This document shows, piece by piece, positions 1 to 9,147 of a stretch of DNA of 55,669 bases. The stretch comes from a virus (taxonomy: Duplodnaviria; Caudoviricetes), in the IMG/VR virus record IMGVR_UViG_3300037808_001257, positions 1 through 55,669 of that record; one strand, given 5' to 3'. The notes under the pieces are model-generated. The model was not told the DNA's origin and ran no database searches. It saw only the letters and a list, made by a program, of their open reading frames with translations. Each line of letters begins with the position of its first letter. Positions within the stretch are counted from its first letter, which is position 1. The translations under genes were made by a program, and so were the position numbers.

Positions 1-1
1 C

Positions 2-817
2 CTCGCCACAGGTTCTTCAATTGGAACTCTTACTTTAGCGGATGGATCTATCACAGATAGTAATGGAGATATTTCTTTCGGAGATGAGAACCTCGTAACC
101 ACAGGTACTTTAGGTGCAGGTGTTGCTACCCTCGCCGCAGGTTCTAATATTGCAGGAAATACTATCTTAGACGCTTCTACTGTATTATTTGTCATTGATG
201 GAGATGGAGACGCTGATACTACAAATGTTACCGTAACTCCTTCTCAGACTTTGTTGTTTAAAGGTTCAAACGATAACAACAATGCAGGTCTACAGTTTAA
301 GATTAACACTGACTCAGTAGAAGCTTCTTTTGAGAGCACTGTTAAAATGCCTGGAGACTTAACTCTCGTAGGTGGTACTTCTGAGGGTTCTCTTGAAGCA
401 CACAACATAACTGCTGAAAATCAACTTGCTGTCACTTCTTCTGATGGTAAAGGACTTTCGATTACCAAAAAGACAGGGTTCACAGGAGATGAAGTCAGCA
501 ATACCCCATTAGACACAATAGATGATGGCGTAAGAGCTTTCCAAATCATAGTGACAACCAATGTGGAAGTTGCAGACGATGCACATTCGCTTGGTCTTCT
601 ACTTAACACGAACCAAGCTTCAAGCAGTTCTGTTATCATGGCAACATGTTCAACTGCGGTTGATAGTTTAGATAATAATATTTTTGCTCAAGGTGGCATT
701 GAAGTTTATGCTCACACCATCACCAACGGTACGAGCTTTCAGTTCAGTTTCGTTAACAGAACGGGGACTGCGATTGCTGCGGATAGTAAACTAACTATCA
801 ACTTTGTAATCATCTAA
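2..817 (+). CDS. C-terminal part of a tail fibre / virion structural protein (5'-truncated by the window)
   Basis: The frame of ORF 251..817 is open back to base 2 (LATGSSIGTLTLADGSITDSNGDISFGDENLVTTGTLGAG...). G/T/S/D-rich beta-strand composition; followed by a terminator. Confidence 0.6.
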   Translation, partial: LATGSSIGTLTLADGSITDSNGDISFGDENLVTTGTLGAGVATLAAGSNIAGNTILDASTVLFVIDGDGDADTTNVTVTPSQTLLFKGSNDNNNAGLQFKINTDSVEASFESTVKMPGDLTLVGGTSEGSLEAHNITAENQLAVTSSDGKGLSITKKTGFTGDEVSNTPLDTIDDGVRAFQIIVTTNVEVADDAHSLGLLLNTNQASSSSVIMATCSTAVDSLDNNIFAQGGIEVYAHTITNGTSFQFSFVNRTGTAIAADSKLTINFVII

Positions 818-871
818 GAAATAAGGGCAACCTTTTAGGTTGATTTTGTTTCCTGCGTAGATCTATTTCTT

Positions 872-905
872 AGTCAACTTCTTTTTTTAGGGGTTGGCTT
901 TTTTT
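872..905 (+). terminator. Rho-independent terminator
   Basis: AGTCAACTTC / GGGGTTGGCT stem (with G-U pairs) followed by a T tract. Confidence 0.6.
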
Positions 906-962
906 GTTTGTTTATAGAGTAGTTTATTTAGCGAATATAGTTTTTTGTTTTGGAGAGAAGCA

Positions 963-3900
963 ATGAAGAGAATAAAACTCAAATCAAATGTGAAACCTTT
1001 TATTGGTCGGCTAAGAAGAACTGTAATGAAAAAAACGGTCAGACCTATTAAACTAGACGAAAAAGAAATAAAAGCATACGTCCAAAAACATGGTACAAAT
1101 CCACCTGTTTCTACTAAACCTTCTTCAGAATGGGCGAATTTATTTGCAGTTTACACTTATTTAATTGAGATAGATCAGTTTTTCATAAAGTTACAAAAAA
1201 GAGTAAATAACAACAAACATGAGGTTAAAGACGTTCTTCTTAGGAGCAAATATCTTAGTGCATACAATTACATTAAGAGGATGTATCGGGAAGACTTAGA
1301 AGAGAACTATATTCAAAACCATAGGATAACAAATCGTCAGCTTGATCTTCTTGAGACGAAGCTTTTAGCACTCGCAATGCAGAACATCCCTATGGAAGAA
1401 AAAATCAAAAAGATCAGATCTCATGTAAGAACAAACGTATTCAAAAATAGGCTTCTCGGTTCATACACTAGATTCATGCTTCAAGCTTTCAGACTATTGA
1501 AATACAGTGTGTCTACAAAAACTAGAAAGAACAGTGCCTTAAGACTTGAATACACACAGTTTAAGTTTGACACTCGAACTGAAGAAATAATAAAGCAGTC
1601 TTCTTTTGATGTAGTCGAAGAGAGAGAAGCTCGTAAGAGACTACTCAAAGTACAAGAAGAGACGTTGAAGAGAGAACTAGAAGAGAGAGAGAGTCCTCTT
1701 GTAGCAGTACAAGAACCTTTATATGTAAAATTAGGGGAAGATGAAAAGGGTAGATCCAAGTCAGAGAAGCAGTTTGTAGTGGTAGGTTACCATCCTTCTG
1801 TCTCTAACTTAAGAGAGAAGCCAAAAAAGAAAGACTTCTCAGTTTCCAAATACCCCACAACAAACATAAAGGATGTTACAGAAGTGACAGTAGGTCGTGG
1901 AGAGGAAAAGAAGAAGGTCTCAGTAAATAAGAAAGCGTTCAACAAAGAGATGGAATCTTGGAGAGAAGAAAAGAAATCCTATGTTGCTGAAATCTACAGT
2001 CCTGTTTTAAGAAATGCTTCTGGAGACGGCTACGAGAAGTTCGAGAAATACGATAAACTTGAAACTGCTCTCGAAGAGAAAAGACAAGAGCAGTTTTTAA
2101 AAGAAAGGCTGACACCAAAGGTTATCCTACCTAAAGATGTCAAACTTAAAGAAGGAGAACGACCAATAGCGAAAGTTGTCTTTGGTCAGGGACAAGCCGA
2201 CCTGGAGTATGAGCTTCCGAACTTTGCTTCAGAATTAGACACAGAATTGGCACAAGAGACAAAACCCTACTTCCGACAAATCACAGACAGAGAAGGGTCT
2301 GAAGTTTCGGATGTTGCCAAGATATACCCTGTAAAGAAGCTTGAAATTGATGGAGATCAAGTAGAAGTCATTTCAGAAGGGCCTTTTGCAGGATTTAAGT
2401 TTGATGAGATGGTTAACGCTATGGGTCGTGTAGTAGATAATGTCTACTATGACTCAGAGGAGAACCCCATAAAACTAATAGATATGGGTCTAGATGCTGA
2501 AAGCTTTGGTTTAGGTCGAGGATTCTTAGAGGTAGAAAAGTCTACAAATACTAAGTCGGGTTACTCTGTAGTCAAAAATAGATTAGTAGAGCCTTATGTC
2601 ACCGTCTCTTCTGACGGAGAACAGTTGATGATTGGACTCCCTAACAAAAAGATGTATAAAAATGATCGTGCTACGATGAAGAAGCTAAAGAAAGCTCAAA
2701 TTGTAACGCAGTACGACTATGCTCTTATTTCTACGAGGCAACAGGGATCAAACCCTTTCTATCTGTTTACTCCTGAGAACTATTCTGTTGTTAAGAATAA
2801 GCTCGGCTCTCTTTCTATTTCTAAACCTGCTCGTGATTTAATTAAGAAATACGAGAGAGAATTAGAAGTTAGAAATAGAGCCTTAGAGCCTGAGAATGTC
2901 TCAAGATTTGACTCTGCTCTTTTGGGAGGGTTTAAAGAAGAAGTGTTTGAAAAACAGTTTGACTTTAATGACAAGCAAAAAGAAGGAATGGCTTGGATTG
3001 AAAGCAATGGTTTCAAAGGTGTGATGTCTCTCGACACAGGTGTTGGTAAAACACTGTTTGGTGGTGGGACAATGCAAAACTTTATGAATTTAGAAAATGA
3101 GAAGATCGCAGATGGGGAGTCCATTTTAAATAAAAATGGAAAAACGAAGAAGTTTTTATTTGTTTCTCCTAAACGACTGGTCGGCAACTTTTCTGCTGAA
3201 ATGTACGATTTTATGAAAGACGAAGGAGTCATTTCAAATCGTATTGTAGAAATGAGCTACTTTGTTTTTGCTCGTACCGTTTCAGCAATGAATGGTATGG
3301 AGGAAGTCTTAAAACCCAACGCCAAAGCTTCTCTAAAGAAATATAGGATGAAGTTCGTGGAAGGTACAGACTTCTTAAACAAAGACAAGACAAAACTCAA
3401 CTATGATGATGCTAATGAGTATTTCTTAGAGAATTACAATATTATTTTCATGGATGAAATCAATGACGCACTTAAGCCTGCGATCAAGAAATCTGTCTCA
3501 GAGTTAGAGCATCCAAGAAAGATTCTTCTCACCGCTTCTCCTATGGAGAAAGACCCTCTCGATCTTTATCGTTTTGTTGCTATTTCTAAGGGGATTAAGC
3601 CAGACAAGAAGAAAGAGCAAGAATTCTTAGACGATTATGCAAATATCATCGGAGGTCGGTTTGTAGGGATAACAGACGACCTCGAAAAGAGAACACAATT
3701 TGAGAAATGGGTTGCAGAGAACGCTTACTTTGCACTTAAAGAAGATGTGGATCTACCTAAGATCAATATGCCAAGACTCCTTAAGCCTACTTACGAGAAT
3801 GTAAGACTAAGAATGGATGATGAAGTTAAGGCTGAGTATAAAAAGAGAGCTAGTAGTCTCAGCAAGAATCTAAAAGGTATGGTGGAGAAATACCGAGACA

Positions 3901-6293
3901 TTATCAAGCTCAAGAAAGCAGATAAGATTTCAGACAAAGAACTTGAGAAGCGTATGAAAGGTCTTGAGGATTATGCAGTTGTTGGCATGGCTGACTCCCT
4001 TAAAGAACTCCAAACACTCGCAACTAACCCTGAAGAAATCCTTCCGGGTGTAAGCAATCCTAAGATCGAAGAAGCTATTTCTATTGCCTCTAAGAGAGAA
4101 GGTAAGAAAATCCTTTATTTCTCTCATCTTGAAAAAATGGTTAAAAAGAACGCTCAGTCTATAAGTAAGCGAGTTTCAGGTCTTCATGTTGCGATGGGAA
4201 ATAATGACATCGTATTTTTTAAAAATGGAGAACCTGTTTCTAAGGTAAACAAGAACACCTCCGTTGGTGATCTTATAAAGATGAACAAAAACTTAAGACT
4301 TGCTTCTTCAAACCCTCCAGTCTTCTTTATGGAAAAGGGTATGGTGAAAGAAGAAGACCTTAACAGAGTTCTTGCTAAAATACTTGGTGGAGATATCTTG
4401 TTGAAAGTCATTGTAGATAAGAAAGGGGGACTCGTTAAGAAATACGATAGCGATCTCCCTCAAAGATACAAGGTGGTCCCTTGGCATGACTCTCCTGAGA
4501 TTATGTTGGAGTACAAAGAAAGAAAAGACCCTAACCAATGGGCGATAGGTGCTTCTAAGTTGATCTTTAAGAAAAACAAAAACATTAGAACGGTTTCCTG
4601 TACTGATGAATATGCTAGAGGCTTCAACTTTCAGTTCACCACAACCGTTGTCCATTTAGATCGTGGAGCAGGCTTTGATTCAGAAATAGTGAAGCAAAGG
4701 ACAGCACGTTCTTATCGCACCAAGCAAGACCAACGTGTAGAGGTTCTGTTCTTAGATGCAACGATTGCAGAGAAGAATGAGAAAGAAATAGAAGTTGAAA
4801 ACGGAGTTAAAGTAAAAGTTAACTGTAACTCTGCTGAAGATCAGACTATTGATGAGATTCAAGATCTTGTTCAAGGTGTGGATCAAGATTTCTTTATGTC
4901 TATCATCAACAAAGCCATGAAGACTAAGCTCAAAGAAGACGGGACTATCTCAGATCTTGGTGAAAGCTATCGTATGAACAGACAAGTGTTGTCTCAAATC
5001 ATAGATCCTACAGGGAAAAACCTCTCAAAGATGAGAGAATCGCTTGCGAAAGAAAGACAAAACCCACTCTTAACTTCTGCTAGAGACCCTAAGCGATTTC
5101 TGTCCTCAGATCTCAAAGCAAGTTTTGAGATCGAGAGTGATATTTCTGAAGATACGGTAGAGTCTAATCTTGATCTTTGTGGTGTCAGTAGCTTTGCAGC
5201 ATTTAACTTTTCCTCTCAAAGTTTCGCTAACTCTGTTTCTGAAAACGAAGTTATTTCTAATGGTCGTCTGCTTAAGCAGTCTACTTCTCTTGAGAAAGAC
5301 GAGGATGGTTTCATCTCAGTTAGAAATAATAAGCTTTCCGTTACAAAATGTGCCCCTAGAGGTACAGGCACTAGAGCTATTGTAGCACAGATAACCGCCT
5401 CTCTTGCGAGGACAGACGTTAAAGAAATAATTGTTATGGGAGAGACTTCAGATAAAACACATTATATCTGGCCAAAACTGGGCTTTAATGCTGAAGTTAG
5501 ACTTCCTTTCTTGGTCGACGAGAAGTTAAACGAAAGAGACAACACAGATGAGGGACGCTCTTTAATAAAAATCAAAGAGTGGCTAGTCTCCAATCGTAGA
5601 CCTATAGGAGAAAATGGTGAGGTCTGCTTACTTAATCTCTATTCTTGTGTAGATTCTTCGGGAGAGTTGATAGGTCAAGAGTGGTGGTTGAAGAACGGCT
5701 TCCCTGTTGAGCTTAAGATTAACTTATCAAACCCCAAGAACAGTTCTCTAAAGTTCTTCAATAGCTATTTCGTTCGGAGATGTGAAGAATTAGAAATTGA
5801 AACGGATGAGTTTCTTTCACTCGAACCTCAACCTTTTGATATAGATCAACCTGCGTGTTGGTTGGATTTCTTAAAGAGATACCGAGAAATAAAAGACTCT
5901 AACGGTAGGGTTTTAAATCCCACAAGAGTGATTAATTCTTACTTCGATGCGTTTATGATAGCTTATGTTTCTCGCAGAGATGTTAGAACGAGAGCAGAAC
6001 CCTTTATTCAGGGTCTACCCACTACAAAACGCAAGAGACTTCAAAGCAATAGTGAAGTTACTGACGAGGCACAAAACGTAGAAACAGGTATTTTTGATGA
6101 CCCAGATACCATTTCAAGATATGCTAACTCTTTGGTTATGAAGTCTGTACATGAGAGAGAAACAAAAACTCTTGATAGTATGTGGAGATCTCGAAGTAAG
6201 AGTATCGAAGCGAATGTAGCCCATGCAGAAATACTTGAAAGTGAAAACTTAGATATAGATGCTCTTGATTTAATTGAAAGTGATGAGGTGTAG
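963..6293 (+). CDS. Giant SNF2-family (SF2) helicase with C-terminal GNAT-like region; DarB-like, possibly virion-packaged
   Basis: Motif I SLDTGVGKT, motif II FMDEIN, motif III LTASP, motif V RGFNFQ..VVHLD, motif VI QRTARSYR. C-terminal RGTGTRAI...YIWPKLGF resembles a GNAT. ATG 963 follows GGAGA. Confidence 0.8.
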   Translation: MKRIKLKSNVKPFIGRLRRTVMKKTVRPIKLDEKEIKAYVQKHGTNPPVSTKPSSEWANLFAVYTYLIEIDQFFIKLQKRVNNNKHEVKDVLLRSKYLSAYNYIKRMYREDLEENYIQNHRITNRQLDLLETKLLALAMQNIPMEEKIKKIRSHVRTNVFKNRLLGSYTRFMLQAFRLLKYSVSTKTRKNSALRLEYTQFKFDTRTEEIIKQSSFDVVEEREARKRLLKVQEETLKRELEERESPLVAVQEPLYVKLGEDEKGRSKSEKQFVVVGYHPSVSNLREKPKKKDFSVSKYPTTNIKDVTEVTVGRGEEKKKVSVNKKAFNKEMESWREEKKSYVAEIYSPVLRNASGDGYEKFEKYDKLETALEEKRQEQFLKERLTPKVILPKDVKLKEGERPIAKVVFGQGQADLEYELPNFASELDTELAQETKPYFRQITDREGSEVSDVAKIYPVKKLEIDGDQVEVISEGPFAGFKFDEMVNAMGRVVDNVYYDSEENPIKLIDMGLDAESFGLGRGFLEVEKSTNTKSGYSVVKNRLVEPYVTVSSDGEQLMIGLPNKKMYKNDRATMKKLKKAQIVTQYDYALISTRQQGSNPFYLFTPENYSVVKNKLGSLSISKPARDLIKKYERELEVRNRALEPENVSRFDSALLGGFKEEVFEKQFDFNDKQKEGMAWIESNGFKGVMSLDTGVGKTLFGGGTMQNFMNLENEKIADGESILNKNGKTKKFLFVSPKRLVGNFSAEMYDFMKDEGVISNRIVEMSYFVFARTVSAMNGMEEVLKPNAKASLKKYRMKFVEGTDFLNKDKTKLNYDDANEYFLENYNIIFMDEINDALKPAIKKSVSELEHPRKILLTASPMEKDPLDLYRFVAISKGIKPDKKKEQEFLDDYANIIGGRFVGITDDLEKRTQFEKWVAENAYFALKEDVDLPKINMPRLLKPTYENVRLRMDDEVKAEYKKRASSLSKNLKGMVEKYRDIIKLKKADKISDKELEKRMKGLEDYAVVGMADSLKELQTLATNPEEILPGVSNPKIEEAISIASKREGKKILYFSHLEKMVKKNAQSISKRVSGLHVAMGNNDIVFFKNGEPVSKVNKNTSVGDLIKMNKNLRLASSNPPVFFMEKGMVKEEDLNRVLAKILGGDILLKVIVDKKGGLVKKYDSDLPQRYKVVPWHDSPEIMLEYKERKDPNQWAIGASKLIFKKNKNIRTVSCTDEYARGFNFQFTTTVVHLDRGAGFDSEIVKQRTARSYRTKQDQRVEVLFLDATIAEKNEKEIEVENGVKVKVNCNSAEDQTIDEIQDLVQGVDQDFFMSIINKAMKTKLKEDGTISDLGESYRMNRQVLSQIIDPTGKNLSKMRESLAKERQNPLLTSARDPKRFLSSDLKASFEIESDISEDTVESNLDLCGVSSFAAFNFSSQSFANSVSENEVISNGRLLKQSTSLEKDEDGFISVRNNKLSVTKCAPRGTGTRAIVAQITASLARTDVKEIIVMGETSDKTHYIWPKLGFNAEVRLPFLVDEKLNERDNTDEGRSLIKIKEWLVSNRRPIGENGEVCLLNLYSCVDSSGELIGQEWWLKNGFPVELKINLSNPKNSSLKFFNSYFVRRCEELEIETDEFLSLEPQPFDIDQPACWLDFLKRYREIKDSNGRVLNPTRVINSYFDAFMIAYVSRRDVRTRAEPFIQGLPTTKRKRLQSNSEVTDEAQNVETGIFDDPDTISRYANSLVMKSVHERETKTLDSMWRSRSKSIEANVAHAEILESENLDIDALDLIESDEV

Positions 6294-6295
6294 AT

Positions 6296-6598
6296 ATGTA
6301 CACTAGACCAAGAATAAGTGGGCCTGAGACAATAGAAGAGTGGGTGAATTATATCTCGGATGAGATACCTTCAAACCAACTCATTCACCAAGCAAGAGTC
6401 CTTGGTAGTTCTAAATTCATGTCTGTACTCAGACAAGAAGGTTTTGAAGGCAAAGACTTGGATGCTATTCATCTTGCAGTAGTACGGAGATTCTTAATCG
6501 AGGATGTTAGAATCCCTCAAAATATGGAGAACTGTTCAATCAACTATTTCGAGCTATCTGAACAAATAGTTTTTGAAAAAGAGTTGAAAAAGAAATAG
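6296..6598 (+). CDS. Hypothetical protein
   Basis: 100-aa ORF with GAGGTG RBS, directly after the helicase. Confidence 0.7.
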   Translation: MYTRPRISGPETIEEWVNYISDEIPSNQLIHQARVLGSSKFMSVLRQEGFEGKDLDAIHLAVVRRFLIEDVRIPQNMENCSINYFELSEQIVFEKELKKK

Positions 6599-6652
6599 GT
6601 GTAACAGGGTATAACTCCTCTGTAACCAAAAAAATGGAAAGAGGAGTAAAAA

Positions 6653-7000
6653 ATGATGAATGATTTTGAACTATCCGATTTGGACAGAGAGTCAATTGTA
6701 CAATCTTTTGACTTTTTAAATGTGGTCTCAACACTCTGCAACAAAAGAACGCCTACGGTAGAAGAGGTTTTTGAAAATGCAGGTGAGTTTAGATCCTATT
6801 TCTCCACACATACAGAAGAGATGAATGATTTTTGTCTCAGCTTGTCAAAAGACCATCTCTTTGAGAGAATAAATCGTGAAGAAGTACTCCCTTCCGAGAT
6901 CTCTGTTAAGACTTTACTCGATCTGAGTAAGCAACTGAGAAATAAGACTGAAAATCACTCAAAAAAATGGAATGAAAACAGAGTAGCAACATACAACTAA
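6653..7000 (+). CDS. Hypothetical protein
   Basis: 115-aa ORF with strong GAGGAG RBS. Confidence 0.75.
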   Translation: MMNDFELSDLDRESIVQSFDFLNVVSTLCNKRTPTVEEVFENAGEFRSYFSTHTEEMNDFCLSLSKDHLFERINREEVLPSEISVKTLLDLSKQLRNKTENHSKKWNENRVATYN

Positions 7001-7002
7001 GA

Positions 7003-7058
7003 GTAGATGTATTTCTTGTAGATGTATTTCTTGTAGATGTATTTCTTGTAGATGTATT
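7003..7058. repeat. 15-bp tandem repeat GTAGATGTATTTCTT, 3 full copies plus an 11-bp partial
   Basis: Read directly; no spacers; followed by a very AT-rich tract. Confidence 0.95.
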
Positions 7059-7560
7059 ATTACTTCTTTCTGTATTAGTATTATATGTATGAGTTGTATG
7101 TTTAGTTGTTCTATTATTTCTGTTATTGTTATTACGTCATTCTCTTTATATCCTTCTATATCTATACTTAATATAGATCTCTCTAATATAGTCTTCTAGT
7201 ACTACTAGTACTATTTCTATTAGAGCTTAGAAATATCAGGGGAGGAGAAAGAGTCTGCTCAACCAAGAGCCACTCCGTATTGGGTACTTTTTTTTAAAAA
7301 ATAGTTGCCGAACTGAGATACTGTTTCTTGAACTGCTAGACCGTACATCAGACTAGAAGGCTTACGCCTTTAGAGTTCCTTACAAAGAGTTTTCTAAACT
7401 CTCTTTGTTTGCCCCCTTTGCGTCAAAAAAACTGATTAGCGTTGGGAGGGATTACTCTCTGTACTCGTTAAGAGTAAGTTCCTTTTCGATATATCGTTAA
7501 AATCAAAAAAAGACAAACAAAAAGTATATAGAAGGAGAACACAATCCATCGGAGTTAAAT

Positions 7561-8145
7561 ATGATCATGATACATCATGGGAACGGAGTGGAAACTGCGT
7601 TGGGGGAGATCCTAGATTGCAAAACACTAATCCACCCACCGTTTTCTGATTTGAAAGTAGACGCAGTAAAGAAATTAGTGGTTTTGTTTTCTCAAAACCA
7701 CCCACAACACAGTCCTTGTCTTGTAGCGGGTCCTCTCGATGATGCAGACCCCTCTACACTTGATATCCTTCTAAAGAGGATAGAAGAGCCTGTTAAGTTT
7801 GCACCTGAGTTAATTTTGTGGGCTAGAGACTATGGGAGTGTACCTCTCACTATAAGATCTCGTTGTGGAGAGAAGTACCATTATGCTCCTCAACAAGAAC
7901 ACGAAATGAAGAGTCGTGCTCAGAGTATCTATTTTGCTCTTAGAGACAAGAAGGAACTAGACCTTTTCTCTTTGTTGAGAGATGTACCTAAAGGCGAAGA
8001 GAGAGCTGTCTTGGAGGCTTATTTAGAAGTCTTGGTAGAAGAGTCTGACTACCAAAGATATGATAGCACTTTAAAAGAGGTGATGAATGTGTCTCGGCTT
8101 AACAGGACTCTTTTAGTGGGATACTTTAATGGAGCTTTAAAATGA
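7561..8145 (+). CDS. DNA polymerase III delta-prime (HolB)-like clamp-loader subunit, short and degenerate
   Basis: DAVKKL...LDDAD...LDILLKRIEEP...LTIRSRC matches the LLK.LEEP / TI.SRC arginine-finger signature. No Walker A visible. Confidence 0.7.
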   Translation: MIMIHHGNGVETALGEILDCKTLIHPPFSDLKVDAVKKLVVLFSQNHPQHSPCLVAGPLDDADPSTLDILLKRIEEPVKFAPELILWARDYGSVPLTIRSRCGEKYHYAPQQEHEMKSRAQSIYFALRDKKELDLFSLLRDVPKGEERAVLEAYLEVLVEESDYQRYDSTLKEVMNVSRLNRTLLVGYFNGALK

Positions 8146-9080
8146 AGAAGCCGTCTATACTCTTGTACGGATCGAGTAAAACCCTTATTTCTTTGAGAAG
8201 ATCGGAGCTGATAAATGATAACTTGGCTCTAAACTATGAGGTGGTGGAAATAGATGCGAAGAAATCTTCCTCTTCAGAAATAGAAGATGCTTTTAGTTTT
8301 GGTCTTTTCGATACTGCAAGAAGATGTGTGGTCGTGGAAAATGCGTCTAAACTTAAGAAGCTAGGTTTGAGAGTGGAAGAAGCAGGGGCAAACTATAACT
8401 TGATACTACTCCATAACGGCACAGCTACTAAGAGTTTGACAGTTATCAAGAACAAAGAGCTTTTGGATGAACCTCCACAGGAATATAAAAAACAAGAGTG
8501 GGCGAGTGGTCTTTTTAGAAAGATGGTGTCTTCTTCAGGTAAGACTATTTCTAAAGAGCTTTCATTAGCGATAGTGTCACGAGTAGGGCATGACTTGGGT
8601 GTTCTGAGATGGGAGTTGGAAAAACTGCTTCAAGTCTCAGAGAAAGAAGAAATAACACCACAAGACGTTGGGCTTGTTATTTCTCCATTGAAGGAAACAT
8701 CCGCACTTTTGGTGTTAGATGCTATTTATAGCTGTAGACCTAGAGATTTCCTTAGAGTTATGGCTCGACTGGAAAAAACTATGAGATATAAAAATATGAA
8801 ATCTTTCACAGAGGGTTTGTTATTCAATAGTATTTATGAAACGTATCTTGTATGTCTTTGCGTGGAAGAGAAGAAATCCTTTGAAGAGATTTCTTCTCTA
8901 TTAAATAAGAATCTTTGGGTAGTTCAAAACAAAATAACACCCAAGTCCATTTCTTTCGGTAAAAAGAGAGCTAAGAGAGTGTTGGACATACTCTTCATAA
9001 TGGAGAAGAAAGTCAATTTTGAGGGTTTTGACCCTCTGACCTTTTTCAAAAGTGCTGTTGTTTCTACAATGGTTCTTTAA
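8142..9080 (+). CDS. DNA polymerase III delta (HolA)-like clamp-loader subunit
   Basis: GLFDTARRCVVVENA and VGHDLGVLRWELEKL match HolA motifs; typical size; 4-bp overlap with the HolB-like gene. Confidence 0.75.
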   Translation: MKKPSILLYGSSKTLISLRRSELINDNLALNYEVVEIDAKKSSSSEIEDAFSFGLFDTARRCVVVENASKLKKLGLRVEEAGANYNLILLHNGTATKSLTVIKNKELLDEPPQEYKKQEWASGLFRKMVSSSGKTISKELSLAIVSRVGHDLGVLRWELEKLLQVSEKEEITPQDVGLVISPLKETSALLVLDAIYSCRPRDFLRVMARLEKTMRYKNMKSFTEGLLFNSIYETYLVCLCVEEKKSFEEISSLLNKNLWVVQNKITPKSISFGKKRAKRVLDILFIMEKKVNFEGFDPLTFFKSAVVSTMVL

Positions 9081-9098
9081 TAGTCCCTACTCTTACAC

Positions 9099-9124
9099 GC
9101 TCTTCAACTGGGAAGAGTTTTTTT
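9099..9124 (+). terminator. Terminator-like hairpin between the holA-like gene and nrdJ
   Basis: GCTCTTC / GAAGAGT stem followed by a T run. Confidence 0.4.
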
Positions 9125-9147
9125 ATCTTCAAATTAAGGAAAGAGAA

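Noticed and set aside
7003-7058. CRISPR array
   Set aside because: Repeats are 15 bp, head-to-tail, with no spacers; no cas genes in the window.
9081-9147. Cobalamin riboswitch before nrdJ
   Set aside because: The gap is only about 67 nt and contains just a simple hairpin.
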